From the NCBI RefSeq assembly GCF_036321535.1, contig NC_087437.1, positions 26,538,001-26,602,000 on the forward strand: a DNA stretch of 64,000 nt, given 5' to 3'. This document shows positions 63,822 through 64,000 of the stretch, one piece after another. Numbering within the stretch: the first letter of the stretch is position 1; each line of letters starts with the position of its first letter. This DNA comes from Camelus dromedarius (Eukaryota). Position numbers and translations under genes: made by a program. The notes beneath the pieces were generated by a model. It did not search any database and was not told the DNA's origin. It worked only from the letters and a program-made list of their open reading frames with translations.

Positions 63822-63888
63822 AGGTGTTTTAATTTTTAAAGAGGATAAATTAATGTAAAATGTCCGATACAGGAGTGGCAAGTGGGTT

Positions 63889-64000
63889 GTGTGGCTGACT
63901 TACACTGGTGGCCCCAAATGAACCATGCTTCTCAGTACTAGGCCCTTGTGTAATGTCCTCCCACACTGACTCTGGACTTGGCTGGATAACTTACAAAGTG
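63889..64000 (+). mobile_element. MLT1 LTR 5' part (cut by window end)
   Basis: 'ggtggccccaaatgaaccatgcttc...cccttgtgtaatgtcctcccacactgactctggacttgg'. Confidence 0.7.

Noticed and set aside
1..64000. CRISPR arrays, operons or other prokaryotic/viral systems
   Set aside because: No repeat-spacer arrays, no gene-dense segment and no compositional island; all LTRs are solo with no internal gag/pol/env seen

Overview
Mammalian, almost certainly camelid, non-coding DNA. The species call is inferred from two Vic-1-like tRNA-derived SINEs plus artiodactyl-type L1 3' ends. The window is dominated by transposable-element fossils: MIR, L2, CR1/L3, old and young L1, MaLR/ERVL/ERV1 solo LTRs, and hAT and Tigger DNA transposons, often nested. 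No protein-coding gene is supportable; the ORF track is noise or decayed L1 ORF2. A TE-free stretch at about 5.9-7.5 kb looks like the terminal exon/3' UTR of an unidentified + strand gene (low confidence). Highlights: (1) a TSD-flanked U6 snRNA/L1 chimeric retrocopy with an atypically 5'-truncated U6 (61035-61387); (2) a perfect 20-bp inverted repeat (21196-21240); (3) a MER41-like solo LTR keeping a STAT-type site (39671-40298); (4) an orphan CpG island packed with TF motifs (47.8-48.3 kb); (5) two adjacent young L1 pieces that are complementary in the L1 consensus (51.3-52.9 kb); (6) an ancient-looking palindromic element near 26.1 kb. I found no convincing wholly new biological system. Repeat family names come from recalled consensus sequences, not a search, and boundaries without a TSD are approximate.
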